Source: Candidatus Thorarchaeota archaeon (GTDB lineage Archaea; Asgardarchaeota; Thorarchaeia; Thorarchaeales; Thorarchaeaceae). From it: 17,619 nucleotides of DNA. Under the pieces are notes generated by a model. The model did no database searches, was not told the DNA's origin, and saw nothing but the letters and a program-made list of their open reading frames with translations. The stretch lies in NCBI GenBank assembly GCA_016933575.1, contig JAFGAR010000169.1, positions 1 through 17,619 on the forward strand. The letters run 5' to 3'. Positions within the stretch are counted from its first letter, which is position 1; the number at the start of each line of letters is the position of its first letter. Shown here one piece after another: positions 7,602-16,734 of the stretch. The position numbers were made by a program, and so were the translations under genes.

Positions 7602-10523
7602 TCATCCATTATGAGCAAAAATGGTTGCACTCTTCATCTGATTCCACTCTCCACAGAATGGACATTGTATTCTAGCAGTGTCTTCCCTTATTTGAACAAA
7701 TCTTGATAGTTCTGGGTATTTTGCTTCATCCCTGATAGCAGATATCACAAAATCTATCCTATAGCTACCAAGGGGTTTTCCTTCCATTGACCAATTCCGA
7801 ATTTGAGATCTGCACCCTTCGCAACGGTATGGCGATTCATTGAGTCCTTCCAAATAGCTCTTGATGGAATTGAAAATACTCGCTATTCGATCTTTCATTG
7901 CACTAGGTGCATATACCTCACCCTTTACCCACGGCTCAAGTCCTTTGCCTCTCGAGGCAATTTGGATTGTTGTCATTATATAGGATGTCTTCTCAGGAGA
8001 GCTCGGGAAAAGGAGATGTTTCTTTACTGTTTCTGATTTCCCAACTTCAGCTAACGAGATCGAGTTGAATGAAGATAGCTCTCGGTCTACAAGAATTTCT
8101 ATTTCCTCTCTTAGCTCAGCTCGGTCATTAGTTGTTTCAATCATTACTCGTACATCATGAACGCTACGGTCATAATTCTCCGCGGCATATGATATGAAAT
8201 CGGTCAAAGAACGCTTGCCGATATATCTGCTGATCTTCGGGAATGGGAATATCTTCGGACCAAAGGTAGTTTCTCGCCAAGTTCCATCCATAAGAATACT
8301 GTATGTTGCAGATGCTTCAATCTGAATCTCTCCCGATACATATCCATAGATATCAAAGACAATCTTTGCTGTTCCATGAGGTGCAATCCCCCCGATCACA
8401 TGCTCATAGCTAGTTTCGAGATGAATGGGGCTAAGACTTGCTGATATCCCTATCAAATTGGCTATGAACCGGATATTTCCTATCTCCGTTTCTGCGTCAT
8501 TCCTCACCATGAACGTTATCTTTCCATGATTCGCTATTTTTTCGAAGTTCGGTTCGAATGAAACTTCTCCTATCAATCCCTTTCCACATTCAACCTTTTC
8601 ATCCTTGGCTTTATTCTCTATTATCTTTTTGAGGTGGTTATCAAGTTCATATGAATTTCCAAGAATCTTGAAAGCATCTTCTATCGTTTGATCGAATCTC
8701 AGAGTCATTTTTCTATAGGATTCACATACCTCCTGCTGAGTATCTCTTTTCAGAGTCGCTTTATTTCGGTATTCTGAATATACTTGAAATGTTGAGTCTA
8801 GTATGATTCTGTGTTTGTCCATCATTCCAGTAACTAGCTTTGCTGAAAGTAGGTCCTTTACATAGCTCAAGACAACAGCACCTTCTCTCACTGTGTTTAC
8901 CATAGAATTGAATGCTGTTTCGTCTATCTCCTTCGACAGGAGAACCTTGCAATTGGCAATAACATCAGAGATTTTCGAAATGACCAAGGTCAGTATTTTC
9001 TCAACATGTGCATTAAATATGCTGTCGAGTTCATTTGACACATTTTCATGTGAGGATGAAGCAGACTGACGAATCCTCGAACCCAATCTAGAGATGTGAT
9101 TGATTACCTTCTGATAATTGCCCTTGTCCACATTTTCAATCACTTCGACTTCAGTAGAGTCTATCTCATCGATGATGTTCTCCTTGAGATCGGTCTCATA
9201 GCGACTCTGAATTTCATCTATCTGAGCAGTCAATGTCTTTGCTTGTTGAACTTTTATCTGATCGGGATGAATCTTCATGACTTCTCCCCACATTCTTCTG
9301 GCATTCCCGAGTCTGACAAGTACTTCATCCGTTTCCATTCCTGCTGCCCAGCTCATATTGCCATTGAACAAGTTCAAAGCTGTCTTGTAGAGAGCATCTG
9401 GTGATCCTTTCACGATAAGTGCCTGAAGTGACTCCTTGATGAGATCCTCAATATGATAGAAGATAACAGATTCCTCAGTTTCCGGAAGGTAGACTCTTCT
9501 TGAATTTCTGATCATACTCCCTTCAGGCTTGATTTCACACAGTTCGGTTATCATACCCGGGTCTTCTCTACCTGGTGCAATAGCATGTGGGTCAACAATG
9601 AATAGATGGATGTCTCCGTCTCCTGCCCCCAGTGCCAAGTGTAGCTTCTCCTCTCCTTCTTCTTCATGTATCGCTACCAAATCTGCAGTAAAGACTCCAC
9701 AATCAATAATCCTGTGCAGATTCTCAGTCCATTGGAAGGTCTTCTCACCCGTATGATAGATGAATTGCGCTTGCCCTGAGATGTCTACTCCAACTGCGAC
9801 AAATCCCCCTTGACTTAGCATTTTTGCTGAAATACCAGTGATTGGATTCTCAAATTGCATCTCACGGAGTGTGACACTTACCCTGTTGTAATATGTTCTA
9901 ATTTTCGCTTTATGATCTCCACACGCCGCAACAAAGACCACATAATTTCTCTGATTACTGACATCAACGTAGGTCTTCACTACATCATGACTTGTTTCAG
10001 ACCCCTCGAAAATAAGATTTGGCTTTAGACGGATATAATCCTTGGTCGTTTTTTTCTCATCTGTTTGGAAGTATTTCACAGAACCATCTTCTTGGACTAT
10101 CATCAATTCTGCTCTTCTATCTCTATCAATATCGAAGCTCTGAATTTCCATACTTGGTTTCATCGACATTCCAGTGTCGACTCTGATATCCTCAAGGCTT
10201 ATTCCATCGTCCCGAACTATGATTCTCTTCATTAAGACAGATTCGCCAGGACCCTCTAGCATTGCCAGTTCCAAGCTTTGATCGCCATCGAAATCTCCCA
10301 ATGCAATAGAAAAGATCGGTCTATTCACTTGCTCTTCAAACACTTTGTCAAATGAGTGTCCATCTGAAATATACCCCCAGAGAGGATATTTCTTGCGATC
10401 TATTCCCATCTCGATATGTGGTTCTGGAGCGATGAAAACGATGATTCTGTTCGCCTTTGGTTTTGGATCGAAGGCAGCGTCGAATGCCATAATACGAAGT
10501 GGATGCTCATCAGTGGGATCCAA
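7602..10523 (-). CDS. Large multidomain protein: FG-GAP/WD-like beta-propeller, helical region, Ig-like sandwich, alpha/beta platform-like region and C-terminal zinc ribbon
   Basis: 973 aa (985 aa if the CTG at 10559 is used). FG-GAP-like IALGDFDGDQSLELAM and FDIDRDRRAELMIV; WD-like LALGAGDGDIHLF; Ig-like GKITFMVRNDAETEIGNIRF...IAPHGTAKIVFDI...GEIQIEASATY; CEGC and CPFC pairs. Confidence 0.85.
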   Translation of the reverse strand: MDPTDEHPLRIMAFDAAFDPKPKANRIIVFIAPEPHIEMGIDRKKYPLWGYISDGHSFDKVFEEQVNRPIFSIALGDFDGDQSLELAMLEGPGESVLMKRIIVRDDGISLEDIRVDTGMSMKPSMEIQSFDIDRDRRAELMIVQEDGSVKYFQTDEKKTTKDYIRLKPNLIFEGSETSHDVVKTYVDVSNQRNYVVFVAACGDHKAKIRTYYNRVSVTLREMQFENPITGISAKMLSQGGFVAVGVDISGQAQFIYHTGEKTFQWTENLHRIIDCGVFTADLVAIHEEEGEEKLHLALGAGDGDIHLFIVDPHAIAPGREDPGMITELCEIKPEGSMIRNSRRVYLPETEESVIFYHIEDLIKESLQALIVKGSPDALYKTALNLFNGNMSWAAGMETDEVLVRLGNARRMWGEVMKIHPDQIKVQQAKTLTAQIDEIQSRYETDLKENIIDEIDSTEVEVIENVDKGNYQKVINHISRLGSRIRQSASSSHENVSNELDSIFNAHVEKILTLVISKISDVIANCKVLLSKEIDETAFNSMVNTVREGAVVLSYVKDLLSAKLVTGMMDKHRIILDSTFQVYSEYRNKATLKRDTQQEVCESYRKMTLRFDQTIEDAFKILGNSYELDNHLKKIIENKAKDEKVECGKGLIGEVSFEPNFEKIANHGKITFMVRNDAETEIGNIRFIANLIGISASLSPIHLETSYEHVIGGIAPHGTAKIVFDIYGYVSGEIQIEASATYSILMDGTWRETTFGPKIFPFPKISRYIGKRSLTDFISYAAENYDRSVHDVRVMIETTNDRAELREEIEILVDRELSSFNSISLAEVGKSETVKKHLLFPSSPEKTSYIMTTIQIASRGKGLEPWVKGEVYAPSAMKDRIASIFNSIKSYLEGLNESPYRCEGCRSQIRNWSMEGKPLGSYRIDFVISAIRDEAKYPELSRFVQIREDTARIQCPFCGEWNQMKSATIFAHNG

Positions 10524-10555
10524 TAAGTCGAATATTTCCGAATAATGATTTGATT

Positions 10556-13500
10556 TCAGTGCTCTCCCTCCTTCGGATGCTCTAGTTTTCGTGCAGTCTT
10601 ATCTATACATTCTTCCAGTGGTCCTCTCATATCCTTAGGATACGCACCTGCAGTCCTTCTGACCACTTCATGGTAATTGTCGAATCTTCCATCACTGAGC
10701 AATTTGCATGTCTCTTCGAAATACTTGCAGAGATTTGGAATCTCCTTTGTCAGTTCCTCTCTTTGGATTTTTCTCCGCCAGTTGTGCACAGTGATTTCTC
10801 CTGTTGTTCTCAGCGTTTCAATAGTGAAATCCAGACATTTGGCAGGTTCTGTGAATTCCTCTTCCCTTTCTCTCATTATGCTTATCATCTCTCGAAGAAG
10901 AACTATGAGATGTGCGTATCCAGCTATATCTAACGTTTCTTTTTTCAAAGATGAAAGAGAACTATAAATCTCCGAGAGCCAAAATCCTTTCCCAATTTGG
11001 GGATGCAATCTAGGATCCCTTATCAGCTTCTCAAGACTATCAATGACATATCCATCCTGATTTTGACGTCGTAGCAATTTTGAAACTGCGTCTAAGGTAT
11101 GATCATGGAGAGGATTGATGTCCAACATCAAATTGACATAGTCTTGAATGATTGCAAGAACTTTCTCCTTCTCCGCCTTTTGAGTTATAGCGCTCAACGA
11201 ACTGAGATATACCTCCTTTCTATCAGCGGCAAGGTCTTGAACAAATCTGGAGGTCCAATCAATAGACTCCGTTTCCACGAGAACATCAGTGTATATTTCC
11301 ATAATACTGCATAACGTATCGGTAGGTAGAGGAATTTTCCTTATTTCTGAAGTTTCTAGTATGTCTCTGAGGATTCTTGCCTTATCCAGCGGACTATTCT
11401 TTGGATTCTCAAGAAATGATTGGATGACAAGCCTCCCAGCATCTGGAATACTCTCCTTTGGAATATCTTTTATGGTGTCCCGTAGATCCCTCCAAATTTC
11501 CTCACTTCCTTGCCTTTCTATTCTAATACTATCTTTTATTTTAAAGTAGATATGCAGAGCTTTGCCAGGTTCATTTTTGATGCATCTATTGAAGACCTGT
11601 TTTAGCTGCTGTCCAATCTCATGTTTGTAAAGATTAGATGTCTCTTTCCTATCTCTAATCTTGATTAGCCAATCGACTGTGAAATCGAAGCCCCATATTT
11701 CTGAAGTAGACTCGACCAAATTCTCAAGATTCATATCTCTGCTACTTTCAGTCAAAGGAACGATGTACTTGTTCAATTGCTTGAAGTATTGTTCTCTGAA
11801 ATCTTCTGTCAGTCGCTGTTCATCATTAATGGCATCAGTCAGACTGGATAGATATCGTAATGCGAGATGTATCTGTTCTCCTTGAAAATGAGTGCTTTTA
11901 GTGAATTCGAAAATTCTCTTATTTCCTTTCCAAGAATCAGCATTCTCTCTAAGTAGCTTGATTGTAAATGCTATTTCATTTGAATCTCCTATCTCAAGCA
12001 TTCTGAGCAGATATGTTTCTAGAAGAGCATCCCAATTTTGAATTTCAATCGCCTTCGAGTTATGAATTCCAATTGTGTACACAAGCCATTTCAACAATGT
12101 TTCCGAGTCCTTCCCGAAGAATCTGATCAGTGCTTCAGAATCAGTTTGCATTGCTTTCCCAAGATACTTGGGATTGGCTTCGGTCATGAACGATGATAGT
12201 GTGAGTAATAGACTGTAAATGATATTTGCTGATACATGTTCGAATAACTTCTCTCCTTCTTCCATGAAATATTTCCATGATACGATCAGAGTGGATTTCA
12301 ACACTCTTTCTTTAATTACCTCATCCAGTTTTGGATATCTACTCTTTAGTTCTCCAAGTGCCTTCTCGAATCCGTCCACATTTGCTTCAGTAAGCATATT
12401 GAGTGGAGATACTATACTGACAATTGATTCTGTGTTATTTGTTGAGAGGGATTTCAATGATACTAATAACATCTCGTAATTCTTGGGATTTGGAGTATTG
12501 ATGTATTGCTGAACAGCGAGTAACTCAAAATTCGCCAACCAACTATCTGGAGCATTTACCTTAGTAGTTATGATTGGTGATAGATATGACGAATATTCTA
12601 GAAACAAGAAAGGCTTTTCGAGAGATGATAGTGTTTTTTCAGCTACAGCGAGTACATAACTGGGATTATCAGAATTCGATTCAACGAGGAGATTCAAAGC
12701 AGGACCTAAAAAGGATGGGATTCCTGTTTCCAGATAATATAATGCAATCTCCATGAATATCTCTGACACATTCCGGATTTCTTTGAGTCCTTCTGGATGC
12801 TTCTGTGCTATGTCTAGTATTTCATTTGAGAATCTTTCTAATGCTGATGTTCTTACACTTTCGTGTTTCTTGACATGCTTCTCTAGGTTATTCAGGAGAC
12901 TCGCACTATGATTTAACAAGGCTTTGAGTTGCTTCTCGCTGTCCGTCGTCCGAAGTCTTGTGCTGATGAAAGCCAAGGCAATATCATATTGCTTATTTCC
13001 TAACAGCGTTGAACTTACCAAATCGAAGATGGAGTCTGACAGCTCGTCTGGGTAGTTAGTGAAAAAGGAATCAAATATTGGAAAACCATACTTTTCAATA
13101 GCATTCCGATTGTCTGAATATGCGATCTTTTCAAGCGATTGTTCCGCTGAGCTTCTTGGATTATCTAGTATCCTAGCATCCAAAATTCGGGTCATGTATT
13201 CACTCAGTACTTCTAGATCTGGATCTCGTGAACCAATATTCCGAATAAGATTCGATGTTGTTTGGTTAATGATTTCGAGTGTATTCGAATGATAGGTTCC
13301 TCCTAACAAATCTGCTACGATACCTGCGATTCTTTGCCATTCTGATGTTGTTTTTGCTTTGTTAGTGAGGATTCTAAGCTGAGTATTTCCTATTTCAGTT
13401 ACTATCTCAGGAAGTGATGCAATTTCACGCAATCTCTCTAGACTCTTCATATCATCTGTATCAATGAATTGATGTAGGAGACATTCAGAATAGAGTCTTA

Positions 13501-14977
13501 TTGTATTGTCCTGAAAAAGTCCGTTCTCATTCTCAGCAACCTCCCATGCCAATTCCTGAAACACATTCTTTGGAATTGCATCATTCAGCACTCCGATCGT
13601 ATCCATAAGATATTCATCACTCAGTACAAAATCGGCTTGTTCCAAAATAATTCTAGATATCGTAAGTGTTTCATTCATCTCCAGTTTTCTATCATGTTCA
13701 AGAATAAGCCTAATGATACTCTCCTCCATTCCTTCTCTATCCAACAGGAGCGGATGGAATTGCTCTTGCGAAAAGAGGTCCTGAATGATAGTTTGACAAG
13801 TGTCAAGGTAATCGATTGATGCTTCTGAGGAAGCTAACTCAAGAATCTTCTGCACAACAATATAGTATCTCTCGATATCAAGTGTCACCAGCACCCGTGA
13901 GTATCCCTTAAGCAGTGCTTGATGTTTCATCTTAATGAAACTGTCACAGCAATCAGCTGCTTCCAAGAATTTGATCAGCGCTCCGATGGGCGTTCGTTCT
14001 CCAATTTCATTAGCTTCTTCTAGTAGTTCTAAAGCCCTGACGTAATTGTTGATTTCAATTGTCACATTTTGATCATTGATTCCTGCTTCCTCAAAGGCTT
14101 GTTCAATTCTTTTGATTAGAGAAATAGCATCAAATATGGATTGATTCAGCATCTTTAGGAGCATACTTGAGAACGTGGCGTACTTGACATTCAATTTGGA
14201 GTTAGGTCTTGTTAGATCTAATACAGGTGTGGCGGGAGGGAGGCTCATCTCTAGACGACTGTAATTTGCCTGAGGTGTGATCAGTAAATTATAGAATTTT
14301 GATTCTATGTTATAGTCCATACAAAAGGTGTGCAATCCGATTTGGAATCTTATCGGGGCTGGAATCAGCTCGAGAATGATCTCTCCTAAGGTATCAGTGT
14401 CTCTATTATCGTCTGTGACAACTAACACTTGATTACCCTGAAGCAGGCCCTCTATCACATCAACAATCTGCTCGTTTCGAATACCTTCGCTGACAATCTT
14501 TGATGCAAGCTCAGAAGACATTTCAGAAATGATTGATTGTCCTTCCTCGCCCATTCTTTTACTGTACTTATCGATAATCTCTGAGAGGTCGATCGGAGGA
14601 AGTCCTTGATCTGCAATTCTCCTGCTTTCAGCTAGGTCTGCGTTTCGAATGAACGATTGTCGCAAATAGTATGGATTTCCACCCAACTTCTGATACTGGT
14701 TCTTCTTCATAAGAATCGTATGTGCGAAAAGCCGATTTGGTCGGTTGTCCTCATCAACCCCCGCGTTGAAGATATAGGTGATTGCCATTTGAGAATCTGG
14801 AACTTCATATGCAGTCATTGCATCAGTGAAGGTTATCTCCGGTGGGATTTGTCTTCGCAGAGAAGATCTTACAGCCACTAAATCTTGAATAGACTTTCTA
14901 ACACCGGTTTCTGCTATGATTTGAGCACCAGTACTTCTCGCGGTTTTGATTGATGTATAGGCGATTTGATCTATCAC
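10556..14977 (-). CDS. GTPase-associated protein 1 (GAP1-N2-like N-terminus, DENN-like middle) fused to a long alpha-solenoid
   Basis: N-terminal QIAYTS...GAQIIAETG and DEDNRPNRLFAHTILM match the GAP1-N2 pattern as I recall it (QLYYTS...G.Q...D..GR.GNFFAH). About 1200 aa of Leu/Glu/Ile-rich helical repeats follow. The ORF track starts at 15031. I prefer GTG 14977 (MIDQIAYTS, 1473 aa), which follows GGGGAGG plus 9 nt just after the upstream stop. Confidence 0.8.
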   Translation of the reverse strand: MIDQIAYTSIKTARSTGAQIIAETGVRKSIQDLVAVRSSLRRQIPPEITFTDAMTAYEVPDSQMAITYIFNAGVDEDNRPNRLFAHTILMKKNQYQKLGGNPYYLRQSFIRNADLAESRRIADQGLPPIDLSEIIDKYSKRMGEEGQSIISEMSSELASKIVSEGIRNEQIVDVIEGLLQGNQVLVVTDDNRDTDTLGEIILELIPAPIRFQIGLHTFCMDYNIESKFYNLLITPQANYSRLEMSLPPATPVLDLTRPNSKLNVKYATFSSMLLKMLNQSIFDAISLIKRIEQAFEEAGINDQNVTIEINNYVRALELLEEANEIGERTPIGALIKFLEAADCCDSFIKMKHQALLKGYSRVLVTLDIERYYIVVQKILELASSEASIDYLDTCQTIIQDLFSQEQFHPLLLDREGMEESIIRLILEHDRKLEMNETLTISRIILEQADFVLSDEYLMDTIGVLNDAIPKNVFQELAWEVAENENGLFQDNTIRLYSECLLHQFIDTDDMKSLERLREIASLPEIVTEIGNTQLRILTNKAKTTSEWQRIAGIVADLLGGTYHSNTLEIINQTTSNLIRNIGSRDPDLEVLSEYMTRILDARILDNPRSSAEQSLEKIAYSDNRNAIEKYGFPIFDSFFTNYPDELSDSIFDLVSSTLLGNKQYDIALAFISTRLRTTDSEKQLKALLNHSASLLNNLEKHVKKHESVRTSALERFSNEILDIAQKHPEGLKEIRNVSEIFMEIALYYLETGIPSFLGPALNLLVESNSDNPSYVLAVAEKTLSSLEKPFLFLEYSSYLSPIITTKVNAPDSWLANFELLAVQQYINTPNPKNYEMLLVSLKSLSTNNTESIVSIVSPLNMLTEANVDGFEKALGELKSRYPKLDEVIKERVLKSTLIVSWKYFMEEGEKLFEHVSANIIYSLLLTLSSFMTEANPKYLGKAMQTDSEALIRFFGKDSETLLKWLVYTIGIHNSKAIEIQNWDALLETYLLRMLEIGDSNEIAFTIKLLRENADSWKGNKRIFEFTKSTHFQGEQIHLALRYLSSLTDAINDEQRLTEDFREQYFKQLNKYIVPLTESSRDMNLENLVESTSEIWGFDFTVDWLIKIRDRKETSNLYKHEIGQQLKQVFNRCIKNEPGKALHIYFKIKDSIRIERQGSEEIWRDLRDTIKDIPKESIPDAGRLVIQSFLENPKNSPLDKARILRDILETSEIRKIPLPTDTLCSIMEIYTDVLVETESIDWTSRFVQDLAADRKEVYLSSLSAITQKAEKEKVLAIIQDYVNLMLDINPLHDHTLDAVSKLLRRQNQDGYVIDSLEKLIRDPRLHPQIGKGFWLSEIYSSLSSLKKETLDIAGYAHLIVLLREMISIMREREEEFTEPAKCLDFTIETLRTTGEITVHNWRRKIQREELTKEIPNLCKYFEETCKLLSDGRFDNYHEVVRRTAGAYPKDMRGPLEECIDKTARKLEHPKEGEH

Positions 14978-14996
14978 TTCATACTGCCTCCCCAAA

Positions 14997-15893
14997 TCAG
15001 AATGGACCCGAATCTGAAACCCACCCATCATGGTCTATTGGTGTTTCATAGAGATGCATTCCACCTCTGCTGCCTCCGTGTCGGTAGAATGGTTGATTCT
15101 CACTTTCAAGGCGTTGAAACCATATCAGTGGTTCAACGACATTCTTTGGCGCAAGTTCCTTCTTGCATCCCATTCCCTTCTTTTCTCTACCCATAACCCA
15201 TCTGAAGCCCCCGAGGGATGAAATCGGGAAGGTGACAAAACGTGTTCCTAGATGGGCTTTCAATCGTGTTATCAAATCACTGGAATGCTTGAAGAGGTAG
15301 GGATACGTATTATTGACATGTGGAAATGCATCTGATTTTGTAATAAGAAGTGCCACAGCTAGTTTACTCCAATCATCCCCATGAATTTCTTCTAGGGTCC
15401 TAACGATATTCTTTAGAAAAATGGTTTGATTATATCCATCCGCCTTGATGTCTGGATCCCAAAAGAAGATGAAATTCTGCGAAGATTTCATAAGATCCAA
15501 GATGAGCGAATCTTCCATTTTCAATTGAGTTTCATTCTCGTTTCTCAGGTACGCTCGAAGATTTCTGTAATCAGTTCTGAATAGTTGTTCGAGGTCTTCT
15601 CCCGAAGCATCCTTTGTCGAAACCCTCAGGACGTTTCTACCAGTGTGATCCTTCACCAGCATCCCCGCATCGTAAAGGTTACTCCGAAGTGTGGGATCTA
15701 GAAAACCATTCTCTTTTAGCTTCGTTAATTGATCCTTATAGTACATCTCAGAGTCATCACCTTTTGGAAAACTTACCAAGTAGTTTTGATATCGATAGTC
15801 CTCTGTCAATGAATAGTACAGAGCAATCAGATAGGTCGATTTTCCACTTGCAGGTGTGCCTAGAATGCAGACACTATCACTCCTAACCGCCAT
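14997..15893 (-). CDS. TRAFAC-class small GTPase (DO-GTPase-like), copy 3
   Basis: G1 GTPASGKST, G2 LDPT, G3 DASGE, G4 ITKSD, G5-like ISS and C-terminal LAPKNVVEPLIWF. Start taken as ATG 15893 (298 aa) after GGGGAG, overlapping the upstream gene by 11 nt; the ORF track gives 15971. Confidence 0.88.
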   Translation of the reverse strand: MAVRSDSVCILGTPASGKSTYLIALYYSLTEDYRYQNYLVSFPKGDDSEMYYKDQLTKLKENGFLDPTLRSNLYDAGMLVKDHTGRNVLRVSTKDASGEDLEQLFRTDYRNLRAYLRNENETQLKMEDSLILDLMKSSQNFIFFWDPDIKADGYNQTIFLKNIVRTLEEIHGDDWSKLAVALLITKSDAFPHVNNTYPYLFKHSSDLITRLKAHLGTRFVTFPISSLGGFRWVMGREKKGMGCKKELAPKNVVEPLIWFQRLESENQPFYRHGGSRGGMHLYETPIDHDGWVSDSGPF

Positions 15894-16734
15894 TTTTCTT
15901 CTCCCCTTTCTTGCTATCCAATACGATCTTGATAACCCAGAAGAGAGTTTCAGCAACTCCCTTTGGTTCAATTGGTGGATTTGGTTTGTACTCTATCTTC
16001 ACTTCTTGTCCATTATTGGTCTTCACAATTCTGGTCTTACCTACTCCACTGCAATTCATGATTGCGTATGCACCTAGATTCTTTTCATGGATACCCATGG
16101 TCACATGAAGGACCTTTCTGGCATAATTATCAAAATCTGGGAATTTTTCCTGATAGAGATCCCATTGTGTGAAGACAAAAAGGATGGGTGGCATCTTTTT
16201 TGGAGAATCGATGTTCTTTCTACTAATTATCTCATCAATGACCTCAGCACACATTAGATCCTGAGATGTATCGAAAACCAGTCTTTCTGAATTAGTCAGA
16301 TTCCCTTTTGGATCAATGAGAAACATGAACACATTGGATTTGTCAATCAAGCTCACTATCTTTTCTACATAGGGCCGATAGGGATTAAGCTTTCTTCGAT
16401 GCCCATCATGCCAGATAACACCATGTAATCCGGGCATGAATAGATCAGCAATCATCTCCCCTGGAAGATCAATGGTCCGATACGTGACATGGCCTGAGTT
16501 GTCATGCTTGACGATGTCGAATATCACTTGGTCATCTGCGAAGGCCTGTGTCGATGATGGCCATTCTCCACTCTGAAGCTCAGCAACCCTGTCCTCGATG
16601 TAGTCCTCGACGCTCCGAAGGTAGTAGCTACGATTGTATCGTTTCTGGATCTCGTAGACCAAGGCTGCTGCGTAGACAGTCTTGCCCGATGCCTTTTGGC
16701 CGAACAATGCAAGGTCGATGTTGATAGCAGTCAA
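15883..16734 (-). CDS. TRAFAC-class small GTPase (DO-GTPase-like), copy 2
   Basis: G1 GQKASGKT, G2 WPSST, G3 DLPGE, variant G4 FTQWD and C-terminal PIEPKGVAETLFW. TTG start in a TTGA 4-nt overlap, with SD GAGGAG. Confidence 0.88.
   Translation of the reverse strand: MTAINIDLALFGQKASGKTVYAAALVYEIQKRYNRSYYLRSVEDYIEDRVAELQSGEWPSSTQAFADDQVIFDIVKHDNSGHVTYRTIDLPGEMIADLFMPGLHGVIWHDGHRRKLNPYRPYVEKIVSLIDKSNVFMFLIDPKGNLTNSERLVFDTSQDLMCAEVIDEIISRKNIDSPKKMPPILFVFTQWDLYQEKFPDFDNYARKVLHVTMGIHEKNLGAYAIMNCSGVGKTRIVKTNNGQEVKIEYKPNPPIEPKGVAETLFWVIKIVLDSKKGEKKNGG

Noticed and set aside
15029-15066. In-frame ATG-AAA-CAC-CAA-TAG-ACC-ATG upstream of the GAP1 gene, suggesting amber (pyrrolysine) readthrough
   Set aside because: It lies inside the GTPase 3 coding tail. 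A better start (GGGGAGG + 9 nt + GTG 14977) coincides with the expected GAP1-N2 N-terminus, so no readthrough is needed.
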